A DNA stretch of 53,321 bases, filler included, from Diploschistes diacapsis (Eukaryota), in the NCBI GenBank assembly GCA_023645945.1. It is 4 parts of 4 records of this genome, joined end to end, with 100 filler letters (N's around TTAATTAATTAA, not from the genome) between each part and the next. Parts side by side here need not be neighbours in the genome. Positions count along the whole stretch, not along the records: positions 26,724 to 39,977 come from JALAIB010000675.1; positions 40,078 to 53,321 come from JALAIB010000676.1; 2 more parts are not named here. One strand, given 5' to 3'. The notes under the pieces were generated by a model. It made no database searches and had not been told where the DNA came from. It saw only the letters and a list, made by a program, of their open reading frames with translations. Both the position numbers and the translations under genes were made by a program. The first letter of the stretch is position 1. Each line of letters opens with the position of its first letter. This document shows, piece by piece, positions 36,207 to 48,407 of this stretch.

Positions 36207-37905
36207 TTAGACCATCTCGATGTACCGTTTCACCTCCCTAGGAGCATTCAGTATACTTGAAAGAAGAGATACGAAGAACATGCACGTACCAATCAGTAAC
36301 TGCCTCGTCCCACAACCTTGCCTCATGTTCTCTGGTCCCACCAAAGTGTTCCACGAAATCATCTCCAAAGACCTCCCTTGCCACACTGTCTCTTCGCATG
36401 AATGTTGCTGTAGCTTCTTTGAGGGACTTCGCTAGTCGCTTGCCCCTGTCTGAAGTTCCACCAACATCTTCGCCCTTTCCCAGAGGTGGCAGACTGACTT
36501 CCATCTTCTTCTCTACGCCTCGCCAGCCAGTTGCTAGAATCGCTGCTAAAACAAAGAACGGATTGGCATCCGCGCCTGGGACTCTAATCTCGAAACGAGT
36601 TGCTTTCGGAGAACCGGTTGGCGGCGCAATCAGGCGGATCGACGCTGCACGATGTTCCAAGCCCCAGGAGACCGTCACGGGGGCCCAGAAGTTTTCTACT
36701 AGCCGTTTATAGGAATTAACGGTAGGCGCCACAAGTGGCATGATATCCGGTAAGCCATCCAGTAGTCCTGCGAGAAATTGGCGACCGATATCAGAAACGT
36801 ATGCCAAATCTTGAAACGGAGGCTTGTCGTCCTTTGAGCCTCGATAGAATAGGTTATTGCCCGACTCGTCGACAAGGGAGACATGCATATGACCAGAGTT
36901 GCCTGGCAGGCCTTCTTTGGGCTTCGCCATAAAGCAGGGTGTTATGCCGTGTTTTGAACTCGTCGCTTTGACGACATATCTGGGGAAGCTGATCAGCAAA
37001 GCAAAATGGAGTTGAAATTACTTACTTGAACATTGCGGCCTTATCACCCATCTCTTTGATCTCTCCATATTCCAGAGCCTGCAGCCTCAATTAGTATTTA
37101 ACCAAGTGTCTCAGACCACTCGGGCGCATACCGCTTCAAAAACGCCGGGTCCACTTTCTGTGTGCCAGCTTTCAATTCCACACCTGAAACTTGAGCAAGC
37201 GTCGAAAACGCTATAGTAGTAATCTTGATTCAGCACCGGTCTGGTCAGACTGTACCCCGTCATGCCCTCTGTCAAGGACGGCAGGTTTTGAGCTGGGTTG
37301 TCTTGGAGAAACCTTGCAGGCGATGGTTCACCCTTTCGATTTGTTTGTGTGTCCGAACTGGCTGGCACTCTGAAGTGATAGAATTCGTATTCAGCTGCAT
37401 AGCATTGTGTCAGTCGAAAGGTTTTCTTGAGCTTGCGGTTTGCTAACAACCCCGACTACAGACCTCCTGCTAAAGCCCTATACCCGGACCTTTCCAACCT
37501 CTCAGCAGCTGTCCTCAGCAAGCTCCTGGGGCATGTGCATATGGGCCGTTGGGTATCCGGGTCGAGGAAGTTAACCAAGAAGAAAGGTACATTGTCCTCC
37601 CACGGTATCCTCCTGAACGTGCTCAAGTCCGGTACGGCGATTATGTCTCTATAGCCATTCTCCTTATTACTAATCTTTAGCTCCCGTGTATAGAACTGAT
37701 CATGCATATCCCAGCCAAAGATGACGGAGCAGAAGCCGAATCCCTCCTCAGCAATGGATAGGAACTTTTCCTTAGCCATGAGCTTGCCTCGTAATATGCC
37801 GTCCACATCAATGCCGGCGACCTTGACTCTGGTATCATGTTGGAGCAGAGTTGACAGCGAATCGACTGTGAGGTCACCGAGCGATGTCGCAGACGCTGAA
37901 GCCAT
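36207..37905 (-). CDS. Glutamine synthetase-like ligase (GSI-like, gamma-glutamyl-amine ligase type); exons 37905-37464, 37394-37132, 37078-37026, 36979-36290, 36237-36207
   Basis: Motifs DVDGILRGK, AEYEF, HTESGPGVFE, FMAKP..G.PGNSGHMHVSL, NSYKRLV, WGLEHR.ASIR and RFEIRVPGADANP. Four GT-AG introns give one frame ending WEVKRYIEMV*. Confidence 0.92.
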
Positions 37906-38391
37906 CCTTCGTCGACGATAGAGGGAGCCGCGAAAGAGCAGTGTCTGGAAAGCTGAGAGCAGATGGCCAGGGGGGCTCCTGAAGACTCGTTAAGTTGCAG
38001 TATGCAAGCATATGAAGAATGGCGCGGAAAATATAGAGAAATTAAAGAAAGCACAATAGACGAGCCGGTGGGGAACAAGGAGCTAGGATTAGCTTGGAGC
38101 TGGAGCCCAGGTATAGTGCCCAGTTAGAGCTGGAGCTTGGAGTTATAGGTATTCTACCATACTAGCATGCAGCCATGCACATCTCCCTCCACTCCACTGG
38201 GGCTTCTCACCATCATCGTCGTCCATTCATTCATTACTAAGCTGTCCAGCGTCTCCTCAGATACCCGATCGCGGCCCGCTATTAATCCGAGCGATGTTAG
38301 TCGAAATGCACGTGCAGGGCACGGGCTGGAATGATTGGTTCGCTACATAGACGCTTACATTGAAGTACATATATAGTTAGGGTTTCTTGTG

Positions 38392-38566
38392 TTATCTGGC
38401 TTTCGTGCCTGCTCCATCGTTGAGTACAAGAGAAACCAGGGATTGGAAAGCGCTTGACAAGGCAAACATCATTATCATGTTGAACAACACTCCTTGCAGA
38501 GGTTTGTCCGATCCAGACGGTGAAATCCCGGAGCAATCGATAAGCAATCGATAAGCCCTAGCGGGG
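38392..38566. promoter_or_regulatory. Cluster of HGATAR (AreA/NIT2-type) sites and one SYGGRG (CreA-type) site in the bidirectional promoter
   Basis: TTATCT at 38392, TTATCA at 38472, tandem CGATAAG at 38538 and 38549, GCGGGG at 38561. Confidence 0.45.
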
Positions 38567-38705
38567 TTGCTTGCGTTAAGTCGGTTCGCCTGCCACCGCC
38601 TCCCACCATAACTTCCCACGCAGACCTTTAAAGTCGCGACACAAGGGACAATTCACCCCATCCCCCTACTGTTAGTATCGAACAAACACCGGGCCAGACT
38701 ACAGA

Positions 38706-39914
38706 ATGGGATCTTTGAGCCATTCGGGACGCCTTGAAGGCAAGAATGCCATTATCACTGGAGCAGCTGGGTGCGTGAGAAACAAAAAAGCTTACACCGG
38801 CAGGTCTTACCTGGCAAGAGCACACAAAGAATCCTACTCCAATGACCAGCGGTGTCAACGAGTGGAATCGATGTCGGTCTCTCGAGACCTTCAACAGCTC
38901 ACTCAAGTTCGCGTGCAAGACCTCTTGCTAACATTGCCGCCGTTCAACACAGTGGCATCGGCTTCGAGACAACCATCCTCTTCCTCCGCGAAGGCGCTTC
39001 CGTGCTCATGGCCGACATCTCCGAACCTGCCCTTGCAAAAGCGAAGACCAAGCTCGGTGAAATCCTTCCTTCGCACCCCGGCCGCGTTGAGACGGCCCAT
39101 GTTGACGTGTCCAACGAGTCTTCCGTAAGCGACATGGTCACGCGACTCGACTCCTGGGGCGGTGTAGACGTCATTTTCAACAACGCCGGGATCATGCACA
39201 GTCAGGACGCGGATGCCATCGACACGCCCGAGAAGATCTGGGACCTGACCCACAACATCAACGTCAAGGGCGTGTGGTTTGGGTGCAAACACGCGGTGCT
39301 GAGCATGCGGAAGCATGGCAAGAAAAACGCCAGCGTGATCAATACCGCCAGCGTTGTTGCACTGGTGGGTTCGGCGACGCCGCAACTGGCATACACGGCG
39401 AGCAAGGGCGCCGTGCTTGCCATGACGCGGGAGCTGGCCATCGTGCATGCTAGAGAAGGGTTTAGGTTCAACTCGCTCTGCCCGGCGCCCCTGAAGTAGG
39501 ATTCTTTTCTTGCCCATGGTGACTCGCACACTTCCCTTCCCTTTTCCCTCGCCCATGCCGACGGCCCTCTGCGATTCAGATTGAACGTGACCGCTGACCG
39601 TGCAAACAGCACGCCGCTCCTCCAAGATTGGTTGGGCGACGACCAAGCCAAGCGCCACCGCCGTGAGATTCACTTTCCGACCGGCCGCTTCGGCGAGGCC
39701 ATCGAACTGGCCCAGGCCGCTCTTTTCTTAGCCAGCGACGAGAGCAGCTTCGTGAACGCGACCGATTTCGTTGTTGACGGTGGCATGACAAAGGTGAGCC
39801 TTGATCCGGGCCCCCATGATGTGTATATGCACCTCGAGATGGCTAATGTTTGAGCAGGCGTACGTCACGCCCGAAGGCCCTGCTCTACCCCCGCCCACAA
39901 ACTTTGGCACATGA
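38706..39914 (+). CDS. Short-chain dehydrogenase/reductase; exons 38706-38770, 38953-39495, 39610-39793, 39858-39914
   Basis: Motifs TGAAGGIG, NNAG, NTAS, YTASK (YxxxK) and FLASDESSFVNATDFVVDGG...AYVTP. Three GT-AG introns. Confidence 0.93.
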
Positions 39915-39977
39915 GGGTGTTTTGTGTGCCCGTTTACTCTTTTTGGGTCATTAGAGAGGCTTTGGGGAGTTCTTTTC

Positions 39978-40077
39978 NNNNNNNNNNNNNNNNNNNNNNN
40001 NNNNNNNNNNNNNNNNNNNNNTTAATTAATTAANNNNNNNNNNNNNNNNNNNNNNNNNNNNNNNNNNNNNNNNNNNN
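39978..40077. other. Artificial contig spacer
   Basis: N44-TTAATTAATTAA-N44. Confidence 0.98.
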
Positions 40078-40275
40078 TTATAGTATAATAATAAAGCAGA
40101 TAAATGGTTATTCGATGGTTAGATCTTTACTAAACGATAGATGTACTAATGAAATAATTTTTAAAGAATTATTTCTGTTTACGAAAACTTTGTTCTTATA
40201 TAAGAACACGCTAGCGGGCCTTGGTATATGCTTGGCATACCCCCTGGTAGCCCTTATTGGGTTCTGCGTATTACA

Positions 40276-40453
40276 TTATTATGGTCCGTAAAAATTTCGA
40301 TAATATGCCGGGCGTTTTCTAAATAATACCTCTAATGTTTAAAAGCTTCCATAATAGTTAATAATTCTTGATCGTGGGTTTTATAATTTCTTTCGGCGGG
40401 AATCATTTTTTTCGATTAGAAAGCGACGGGATGTTATATTCCGTCCGTTATTA
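40276..40453 (-). mobile_element. Ty3/gypsy RNase H fragment, RIP-mutated
   Basis: [51 protein letters not shown], with stops at conserved Trp positions. Confidence 0.88.
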
Positions 40454-40907
40454 TGTTACGATCCAAGTGACTAGGTGATAGCCACTTAACACTTCACAGC
40501 TGATCGGGCCTAACCCAACCATTCCTTGTATATAGTCCAATCATGGTGACGTCGGTCACGTGATGAATAAAAAGCCTTAAAGGCTATTTTACCCTCTGTA
40601 AATAGAACGGGAGAACGGTAATTCTACCTATTTATTAATCTATTCCGCTAAAAAGTAGTTAGCTATATAAGAAGCTTTATTATAATTTCTTTAAATTTTA
40701 GTATATTTACTTTTATAAACATCTCTAATTATTACTCGGGATCAATCTATATTCGTTATCTTTATCGTTAAAGCCTTCTTTCTAAAGATAGTCTAAGACC
40801 TACGACTATTCTATCTTCTTCTCCTGCTTGCACTCCTCTTCTAAACGAGACCAAACCCACCTTGATCAATACCTCGTGTCTACTTTGTAGAGATAGAGAT
40901 CATAACA
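40454..40907. mobile_element. LTR (454 bp, solo-type)
   Basis: TGTTACGATC...GATCATAACA termini (TG...CA, 9/10 inverted match). Flanks do not form a matching TSD. Confidence 0.7.
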
Positions 40908-40915
40908 AATCTGAA

Positions 40916-41445
40916 GGTGGCCGGAATCCCCGTGAAACACGTTGTATATAAAATTTAATACGATTTAGTTTATTTAATTATAATACGTTTTCGTACGAAA
41001 GCAATATTAATATCGAATAAAATAAAAATCGCACGTTACCCTACGTTAGAAACGAAATTCGTTAATTATTATCTTTCGACGACGAGTTAGTTGTATTAAT
41101 CCTTTTTTTTCTTTTTTTTATTATAACTTACCGTCGTCGGGGGGAACTTAAGGTATTATCGCCTTATAAACATATTAGCTTCGTACGTAGTAACGAAATA
41201 GATTTTATATTATAAAGAAATGTTCGAACGAATTAAAGAACGGCCGAAGAACGGCCGCGTAAAGATAAAAGTGGGGTAATGTAATTAAAAATAGATTTAG
41301 TTTCTTATAAATGATTTTATATGTGGTTATGGGGCTTCGTACGGAATAGATTTAATTTAAAAGCTCGTTTAAAACTATTTAGCGCAATTATATTATAATG
41401 TAATGTCCGCTTCGTGATGGTGATCCGTTTCGTGGTGAAACACGT
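40916..41445. mobile_element. Two Fot1/pogo-type TIR ends with RIPped internal sequence
   Basis: GTGAAACACGT ends at 40942 and at 41445 (the latter followed by TA). The first is similar to the TIR at 52492. Confidence 0.6.
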
Positions 41446-41553
41446 TAGAGAACATCTTGCATCACATTGCATGTGGTTTCGTTTGGTAAGCTCATAAACT
41501 GTTCAAATGATTCGTTGGACAAAGGTTTTCTGATTATTTTCAACTTATTTGTT

Positions 41554-42216
41554 TTAATCTTTTTGGTTACCTGCTCTTGCAATAAACCATTCAAATGCAA
41601 CATCCTCGGCTTCTTCGGTAACTTCGCTTCTTAACACCTCGAAGCCTTTCCCTTGGACCAATCGCAAGTTTCCCTCTTGTCCGAAAGAGCTCCAGTACGC
41701 AGCCTTCATACCCAGCCACCCTTCTATGGTCAGGCCAGCAGGAAGAGCCATGACCACCAGATTCACGAGCAGCATGCCCCCAGGTTTGATCCAGCGTCGC
41801 ATTCTTTCGAAGATGTGTTCCTGACCTTTGGCATCCAGATGGATGATTGAGTAAAGCGCCACAATAACATCGAATTTGCTGTCATGGAAAACCAAATCTC
41901 CCATACTTCCTTCCATGAACGAGACATTAGTTACCTCCGCCAAGTGACGTCGTGCTAACGATATTTGCGTTGAGGAGATATCATTTGCAACTACGTCGTG
42001 GCATGTTTCGGCAAGCATTCTCGTCACAGGCAAACCAGCACCGCACCCAAGCTCCAGTACTGAGGTGCAAGAAGGATCCGGCAAGAGGCTGAGCATGTTT
42101 TGGACATACTTCTCGCGTGCTGAGGGTCGAGAAAGAGTCCATTGGAGATAGCGGATCGCTTGAGCATCATAGCCTTCTTTTGCAAGAGCTTCGGGCGATT
42201 TTTTCGCGTACTCCAT
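41554..42216 (-). CDS. Class I SAM-dependent methyltransferase
   Basis: Motifs VLELGCGAG, VVANDIS, FDVIVALYSIIHL and WIKPGGMLLVN. First ATG at 42216, single exon. Confidence 0.9.
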   Translation of the reverse strand: MEYAKKSPEALAKEGYDAQAIRYLQWTLSRPSAREKYVQNMLSLLPDPSCTSVLELGCGAGLPVTRMLAETCHDVVANDISSTQISLARRHLAEVTNVSFMEGSMGDLVFHDSKFDVIVALYSIIHLDAKGQEHIFERMRRWIKPGGMLLVNLVVMALPAGLTIEGWLGMKAAYWSSFGQEGNLRLVQGKGFEVLRSEVTEEAEDVAFEWFIARAGNQKD

Positions 42217-43388
42217 TCTGGTCACGAACGCTAGCCTCAAAATACGGATTCCGAAGAGAATGAAATAGCTTATATGAAGTAGTAACCTTGACTGGTCTCG
42301 GTCAAGTCAAAGGACGATTGGAGCATGACGGATGGCAAGTTATACTAACGATGCTATCACTGTTTGGCTCGTGCAGTCATTCTGGGGTCGAGATAAAAGT
42401 AACGGTGAAGGGCTCCACCTTGAACTTCTCCAACCATCGCGCCCTAATTGGTTCGCTTCTGTATCCAACTGTAGCGTTTCAAAGCTAGTGATTAAGGGTA
42501 CTACTAACAGGAAACCGATAAGTACCAAGTCATCTTCTACAAGTGTAAATATTTCTCGTTTTCCTTACCCCTACCGTTGGTTCCCCCGAGCTGTCCAACC
42601 GACATCAAACGTTCAACCCCAGAACAAAGGTTAGCGCTGATTAATTGTGTAAAGGGGATTTCACCAAATATAAGGACACATTGAGCTTTTGTTGCCGTGG
42701 CGCCGCACTAAGGAGCGCTAATCTCTGTTCTTGAGGTCGATTAGTGAATTTAGTGTAGAGTAAAGGTGCTCTCTTTATCTCTCAAGCATTTTTATTCTTT
42801 TTCTTGCCTCAGACTCCGACAGCTTATGCGCCAGGCTTCGCCGGCGCCAGAGCCTAAGCCCCATTGGGCTAGCCCTTCTTGTCAAGCCCCATTCGGTCTA
42901 GCGGCGAAAAGTAAAGATTTTTTGGATTAAGATCGAGTCCCGTTTGATCGAGTCCCGTTTGATCGACACGAAAATTGAAGGTTTATTTACGTCCAACATC
43001 TTTTGAATAAGATGTAGTGCATTTAATCAACAAACAGCACCGTATTGTCCATGTACTGGCATACATTGCTAAAATACTAAAATACTATGGGAACCTGACA
43101 GGCTGCTGATGGGCATGTTATCTCACCCGCTGATCCGCGAGCCGCCAAAGGCTAACTCAAAAGGCCTTAGTCTTAAGCCGGCAACTAGCGTGCGTGCCAG
43201 GTTCATATTCCTAGTTCTGAGGATATCTACGAAGTAAGTAGCTAGGATTGCCCGAGGGCTCTATCTCGGAGTCTCTTTACCCAAAGCCGGGCTCTCCCGG
43301 TGTTCCTGCTTAGTCCTTTCATTCTTCCTATACTATAGTCTCTTCTCTCGTCGCAAAGACATTCATTCCTGAGTATCATCTCCCCACC

Positions 43389-44665
43389 ATGTCCTCTTCA
43401 GCCATCATCGCCACTGAAGCAGTCTTCACGCTTGTCTCTGCTGGATCCATTGTCCTCCGTTTCCAAGCGAGGAAGTTGAGCTCCGAAAGGCTGGCAGCCG
43501 ACGATTGGCTTATGGTTATTGCGTGGGTATGTCACGATCATATAGACCTTAGCTATGTACTTAACGACAGCCTAGTTCTTTGCCACTGCTCTGGCAATCA
43601 CCAACATCATAGGTGTCGCCCTTGGTCATATTGGAATGCCTTACGATTCAATGACGGATGACGATACCATCGCGTACCTCAAGGTGGGCAAGACCATGCT
43701 GCTTCATACAAGCAAGTGGACTCTCATACTGAACAAGCAGCGCAGTTCAATTTCACATATCAGTTCTTCTATATCTTTGCAGTAGCTTTCGTCAAGCTTT
43801 CTGTCCTTTACTTCTACAGGCGTGTCTTTACCATCGGCAAAACACCAATTACTATCTGGACTCTTGTGGCTCTTACCATTGGCTGGCTGATATCGTTTTT
43901 CTTTGCCACGCTCTTCCAAGCCTGGCCTATATGGTGTAACTGGATAGTCTGCCCTAACTCAATGAATTATCCGGTTATGTACGTGTTATCGAGCGTAACC
44001 GACATCCTCTTAGATATCAGCATCCTTTCGTTGCCTACGTTTTTCATCTGGCCTCTGCAGATGAGCCTCTCGAAGAAGGTTGGTATCATTGGCATCTTCG
44101 GTCTCGGGTTCTTGTAAGGTCTCCAAATTTCAATCTTCTCATTCCCAATATCTATCTTGCTTCCTCCGCACCTGTCCTACTCTTCCTCGCCTTGACAAGA
44201 CTGACCAGGTCTTCCAGCTGCATTGTCGCCTCGATTGCCCGCCTTGTGTACACCATATATTTCAACAACGCCAACCTCGTCAACGATGTTGCCTCAATCT
44301 TCGACGAATATGCGAACAACGTGTTAATATGGTCCGGCATCGAGGCATCTTGCTCAACAACCTGCGCAAACCTCGCATGCTACGGTCCACTATATTTCCG
44401 AACAAGACGGAATAGCGTGGGTGAAAGGACGCGCTACAAACCGAGCGTGTTCTCCCGGCTCTGCGGCTTTTCAAAGAATAAAGATTCATCCGGCCGGTCG
44501 GAGGTTAGTAATGAGCCACGGTCCGACAAAAGTGTCCCTCTGGGACGTAACGTCTCAGTGGAAGAAGTTGCTTCGGTGGAGTTCAGCAACATGGGTGGAG
44601 TAGCAAATCCAAGATCGTTCTTACGTGAGGACTCCCGTGAATGGGATCGAGACGACCATCTATAG
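43389..44665 (+). CDS. PTH11-like integral membrane protein (fungal rhodopsin domain, no CFEM); exons 43389-43526, 43576-43683, 43746-44113, 44218-44665
   Basis: Motifs LRFQAR, ADDWLM, VKLSVLYFYRRVF, TDILLDI.ILSLP, LQMS..KK, SIARL and WSGIE...CANL. Three GT-AG introns. Confidence 0.9.
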
Positions 44666-45312
44666 CTGCTCATTTTAGGGATTCAGAGCTGTTTGTTGTA
44701 TGTAACAAGCGACTGGTGTAAAGAGCAGGATCGACTCGGTTTTATCACCGGCTCGTCGCACTGTGAAGGGTGGTTCTCGCCTTGAACAAAGCCGTCGCTG
44801 GAACTTTGGCAGCAGGAACTCCTCCTCTGTCATTGATCCTCCAATAAATGGACTAAAGAATTTTATGCGCATTGTATACTTTGCCTAAAATTTGAAGACT
44901 GGGGAATTTTCTCCATAAACACTCCACGACTTAGACCCGACAGAGGTTATCAAACCGAAGGACTTGTGGGACGAGACGAGACTAATAACCTTGAAGAACC
45001 ATGAAATTGAAAGACAGTACAAGACTGAGTAAAAGATGTGAGGCTAGAAAGCAGGTCTAGAACAAGAAATTTGGGCCGTATACACGACACTTGACAGGCA
45101 TGCTGGATGACCTCACGCATCCAGGGATTGAAGGCTCCCTGCGGGGTTTGTGAAGATGAATGCGCTAATCGCAAGCAAGGTGGAGACGGAGGAAAATGAG
45201 ATATAGGTCAGTCCTCCTTCTGCAAGCTCTCTTCTTCCCTTCTAGTAATTCTAACCTCTCTCCGGAAATTGCACATTCCAGGTATCATTGAGAGGTCCAG
45301 GCCGAAACTCCA

Positions 45313-47070
45313 ATGCCCTCTATCATAAGCTCTAGACATGCCCTGATCGGAGCGGGCTTGTTAGCAAGTCATGGGTGGATTTGTCAAGCACACGCTACTC
45401 CCACGGTGCAAGTTATCAATGGCACCTACCAGGGCTTGTATTCCGCGGAGTACGACCAAGACTTCTTCCTTGGAATGCCCTTCGCTCAACCACCTATTGG
45501 AAGCCTTAGGTATCAAGTTCCCCAGCCACTGAACTCTGCTTGGACGGACACTCACACTGCGACTGAGTACTCTCCAGAGTGTATCGGGTACGGCAGCGAT
45601 CAATGGGTGCTGGGCAATCATGTTTCAGAAGATTGCCTAAGCATCAACGTCATCCGTCCCTCGGGGGTCCGAGATGGATCGAACGTGCCGGTTGCTGTAT
45701 GGATTTACGGTGGTGGGTTTACCGAAGGGGGCAATTCTGACCCGCGGTACAACCTATCATTCATTGTTGAGCAGTCTGTCAACATGGGCCAGCCTATGAT
45801 CGGAGTGAGTCTGAACTACCGGTTGGCGGAATGGGGCTTCCTTTTCAGTCAAGAAATCCTGAGTGCGGGCGTAGCCAATCTCGGACTCAGGGATCAAAGA
45901 CTAGCGCTCCATTGGATTCAAGAGAATATCGGCGCCTTCGGGGGCGACAAGAGTAAGGTGACGATCTGGGGCGAAAGCGCGGGTTCAATCAGCGTTGCAG
46001 TGCAGTTGGTTGCGTACGGAGGCCGAGACGACAGTCTCTTCCGCGCTGGAATTCAAGAAAGCGGCGGAGCAGCACTGGGAACTCGAATCCCTACACTTGC
46101 ATCATCTCAGCCTATATATGATGCTGTGGTCGAAGCAACGAACTGCACGGGATCTACAGACACTCTTGCTTGTCTGCGCACAATCCCCACGACAACGCTG
46201 ACCAACATTTTTAACAGCTCCGTAACCCAGGGTTTCAGCTCTTCCCCGGTAATAGACAACGATTTTCTGCAGTCATCCGGGACCACAGCGCTCCGCAGAG
46301 GGCATTTCGTAAAGGTGCCGCTGCTTGTCGGAGCAAATCACGACGAGGGTACATCGTTTGGTACAAGAGGCATCAACACGACACAAGAGTTTCTAGAAGA
46401 CATAAGGTCGGAAGGCCTAGACAATGCCACAGCTCTCACACTCGCCGCACTATATCCAGATATACCCGAGATCGGCATTCCGGGCACTCTGCATGGACGA
46501 CCGCCTCCGGCCGATGCTTCTCTTGGGTACATGTGGAAGCGAGCAGCAGCGTATGGTGGAGATCTTGCCATGCATGCTACGCGCCGGATGACCACACAGA
46601 TATGGGCGGAGTACAACCAAACCGCGTATAGCTATCATTTCAACGTTGAGCCTAACGGTCCTGGCTACCTCATTGGCGCCACTCACTTCCAAGAGGTTGC
46701 GTTTGTTTTTGATAATATCAACGGGATAGGATACAACAACTCGGTCGCTGTTGACCCTTTCGAGAATGAGCCGACCACCCTTCCGCAGTTGGCGGACATC
46801 ATGTCGAGGATGTGGATCAGTTTCATCACCCAGCTTAATCCAAATGAGAACGGAGGTGGGTCGAAACATTGCTCTGTCCTCTGGACGACTGCTGACTGAT
46901 TGACTGGAGCAGCTACGAAAGTAACCTGGCCTTCGTATTCTCTTGCAAATCCTCAAAACATAGTCTTCGATGTGAACGCAACAGATTTAGCTTATATTGA
47001 GCCGGACGTCTACCGCGCAGCGGGGATTCAGTACATTTCAGATCGGTTGGACTCGGTATATGGGAGGTAG
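45313..47070 (+). CDS. Secreted type-B carboxylesterase/lipase; exons 45313-46855 and 46913-47070
   Basis: Motifs FLGMPFAQPP, SEDCL, WIYGGGF, NYRL, GESAG (nucleophile), DEG and ATHFQE. The intron restores a C-terminus ending YGR*. Confidence 0.95.
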
Positions 47071-48407
47071 CCGATCGAGTGACAAGGCGAACAAGGGATC
47101 AAGTCTCCACTAGTAGAGGCTGCTTACGGTACGTATATTTGGGAACTCGCAACTAGAGTTTGGAAAATTGGGCTTCAACGGTCGGTTGCAGAAACCGTTT
47201 GGAAAATATATAATGCTAATGTACCTCAAGTCAGCATAATTGTATATATGCGAGACCCCCTTGCCTGGATTATGGTTCGCGTATGGCATATGCAGTCGTT
47301 GCTAGAAGACTAGATGTTTGTTGTAGCATCGCTGGCAGGGAAGCGGCCCTTTATGTAGTACGACGCTGGCTCTGAGTCGGACCTGGAACAGCATCGCTAG
47401 CCCCTTGATTAGTCCGGAGGGCCCTAGCAACAGCGAAGACGACAGCCTTCGTTTCATTTTTGTTAGCTATTCTTTCGAGAATACTACTCCGTTACAGATG
47501 CAAGCCTCTGCGAGTACCCGACGTCCGGCTGAAGATTTTTTGTAAAGCGCGAATATCTTATTGAATAGGTAACGCACAAGAAGATTCCACTAGATGCATC
47601 ATATATTCGGCGAGAGCGGTGGAGGTCCTGCGAGTCAAACGGAGCGACATCAAAGAGCTACAATTCATTGTGTAGGAATTTGAGGAAATGGTCGAGTTGT
47701 TGCCGAACAGGGCTGGTGGTTAAAGCATCCGTCGTGGGAAATAGGGGCGATCTAACATTTCAACCCATGCGGGAGGTTGTAGATGGCTTTGGCATGGAGG
47801 AGTGGAAAGAACTCGAAGTAGTAGCGGCATCCATAAAGAAATACTATGTAATTCAGCATTTCGGGCAAGGTAATTGATGATAGGGGTTTTTAGTACTTCG
47901 GATTTAGGAAATTCCGGGTATTCAACTAACAGTGACAACAAGCCTATTCTTAGGCGTCAGCAACAAAGCCACATATAATTAATTAATGGAAGAACTTGCG
48001 TTTCACCAATACCTCGTCCAGGTGCTTTGTGGCGCCCACTGGCGAGGCAGCAATTCAGACTCGAGTGATCGTGCTGAAGCTCCTGGAGGTTCTCAAGCTC
48101 AATAGCTATTCAATTCATGCTAGTATCGATACGGAGCCCATTGTGTTGGCGCCAGACGCGTGGGTTTTTCTGCTGGGAAACCGATTGGGAGCCTAGGAAT
48201 TTCCCTTTACCGCGCCTAGCATCTCAACACATACTACCAAGGATATAACGAGCTACTGTCCAGTCGGGTGACCTTTCTAATTGGGGCTATATACATACCA
48301 TGCATGCAAGGGGCATATTGGACGCTTTCGTGTTCATAAGAGGTCAGACCATCTCAGGAACTGTGAATAATGATTTATTGATTACTCCTGAGGATCGCGC
48401 TTCTTTC

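Noticed and set aside
36207..37905. Canonical glutamine synthetase (GLN1) or FluG
   Set aside because: The sequence is GSI-like rather than eukaryotic GSII, lacks the ammonium-site residues, and has no N-terminal amidohydrolase domain as in FluG.
38903..39673. 256-aa antisense ORF over the SDR (similar ones overlap the PIR gene and esterases)
   Set aside because: Shadow ORFs caused by GC-rich codon bias in the real genes.
42931..42966. GATCGAGTCCCGTTT x2.4 resembling a tRNA T-arm/B box
   Set aside because: A simple tandem duplication with no cloverleaf around it.
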